Positions 62,777-64,000 of a DNA stretch of 64,000 bases are shown here, piece by piece. The stretch spans positions 20,400,001 to 20,464,000 of the forward strand of contig NC_087252.1 of NCBI RefSeq assembly GCF_037042905.1, given 5' to 3'. The notes beneath the pieces are model-generated. The model was given only the letters and a program-made list of their open reading frames with translations, did not search any database and was not told the origin of the DNA. The translations under genes and the position numbers were made by a program. This stretch comes from Lytechinus pictus (Eukaryota). Position 1 is the first letter of the stretch; each line of letters begins with the position of its first letter.

Positions 62777-64000
62777 CAGTCCTAACTGTCGTATTTTTGG
62801 TTTCGTTTTATCATCCATGTTTTTGTAATTTAGCGATTAATTAGCGACAATCTAATGTGGGCTCAGTGTGATGAAAAAAAATCTTACCCGCGCCTGAACA
62901 CTTACTTTCAGAAATTCAATATCTTAACGTTATGTTCTTCAAAATAAAACAACATGCTCGTGCTGAAGGGCTAAAGCTTAATTGTTCTATTAAAGAAATG
63001 AAATGTAAATCTAATTGAACTTTGTCATATACTGAAACCCGATACGAAAAATTATCAAAAGAAATTGTGAAAGCGTAACTTTGGAAAATATACCCCACTG
63101 GACTAGACACACCGATACAAGGACACAACGATATTCAGATCAGTGACTAGAGATCGGGCGTTTAATAGTTTGCCTAAAACGCCGATATCGTGGACATAGA
63201 GGGCGCTCATGCAAAAACATCTTATCGGAGAGCCAACCGGGAGTGTCAAAAGAAAAGATAAAAGCGCACGCTTCCGTTTTCGCTGCAAAAGGGCACGCTG
63301 GCGTCTTGAATGGCAAGAGCACTGACCCGTAGGTAAGGAAAATGGACAATGGCACGTTCAACGGGTTCGCCGTAGAATATAAAGGAAAAGACGCACGCAC
63401 ACCTTTGACAAGACGCCTAAAAGATTACATAATTATTAATTTTACAAAGAAAACCGTTATGGTTTCCTTGTTTCTTTTCATAAACTATTAACATTTGATA
63501 TCCGGGGGTACCCATCTCAACGTCCACAAGTGATTTTTAGTCATGAAATTAATTTTCTCTGCAATTGAATGCTCCAGTCCTTATGGTCTAAGTATATATG
63601 ATAAATAATTCACATGTGCTATTATTTTGAAAACTTTTATTTCCCAATTTATCACAATATTTGCAATTTTTTCTTTTTTCTTTTTGAAAATTATGCTTTT
63701 TGCTACTAAGATTACGTCTCGTCTGCTCTTTTTACTGATAGTATTGATATCAAGGTATTCTAGTTGGGAAGCCTTTCGTGAAGCAGGTTAATTAGAACTG
63801 TCTCCTTGGTTGGTGGATATAAATATGACTAACTTGTCCATGTGTTGAGGAATGGGGCCCCAGGTTGGTAATAAACACTCATCCAATGAACAAGGTTATG
63901 ATAACCTTTCTCACTGTTACATCTCCATGTGTGGCAAAATAAAAGGTGGCACTTTTGGTTTATTTTCTCTTTTTCTATGGGACAAATACCTGATTTTCTT

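Overview
AT-rich eukaryotic genomic DNA. The repeat types suggest an invertebrate deuterostome, probably a sea urchin (inference). The window holds the 3' exons of one probable host gene (about 0.6-6.5 kb, + strand; a death-domain-like exon plus acidic tail exons). Much of the rest is transposon-derived or duplicated. (i) Many MITEs with readable TIRs and TSDs: EnSpm-, PIF/Harbinger-, hAT- and Kolobok-like, a Helentron-type HINE and a tRNA-derived SINE. (ii) A 1.21-kb Transib-like element (10596-11805) with a 5-bp TSD; its right end reads like a 12-RSS (CACAGTG-12 bp-ACAAAAGTG) and its left end has a 22-bp spacer. (iii) A near-identical tandem segmental duplication (about 15.36-41.81 kb, about 2.35 units) carrying L1/Tx1 and CR1-group fragments and a 238/250-bp satellite that appears to derive from the adjacent 91-aa orphan ORF. 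(iv) A three-level nest (42151-53892): a MITE containing an Academ-like foldback containing an 8.6-kb CR1-group retrotransposon with an intact 1082-aa APE-RT ORF2 about 4 kb downstream of an L1-type ORF1. (v) Two RecQ-type helicase N-terminal fragments (AcademH-like) near the right end. No rRNA, true tRNA gene or CRISPR array was found. All calls are by eye; no database searches were run.
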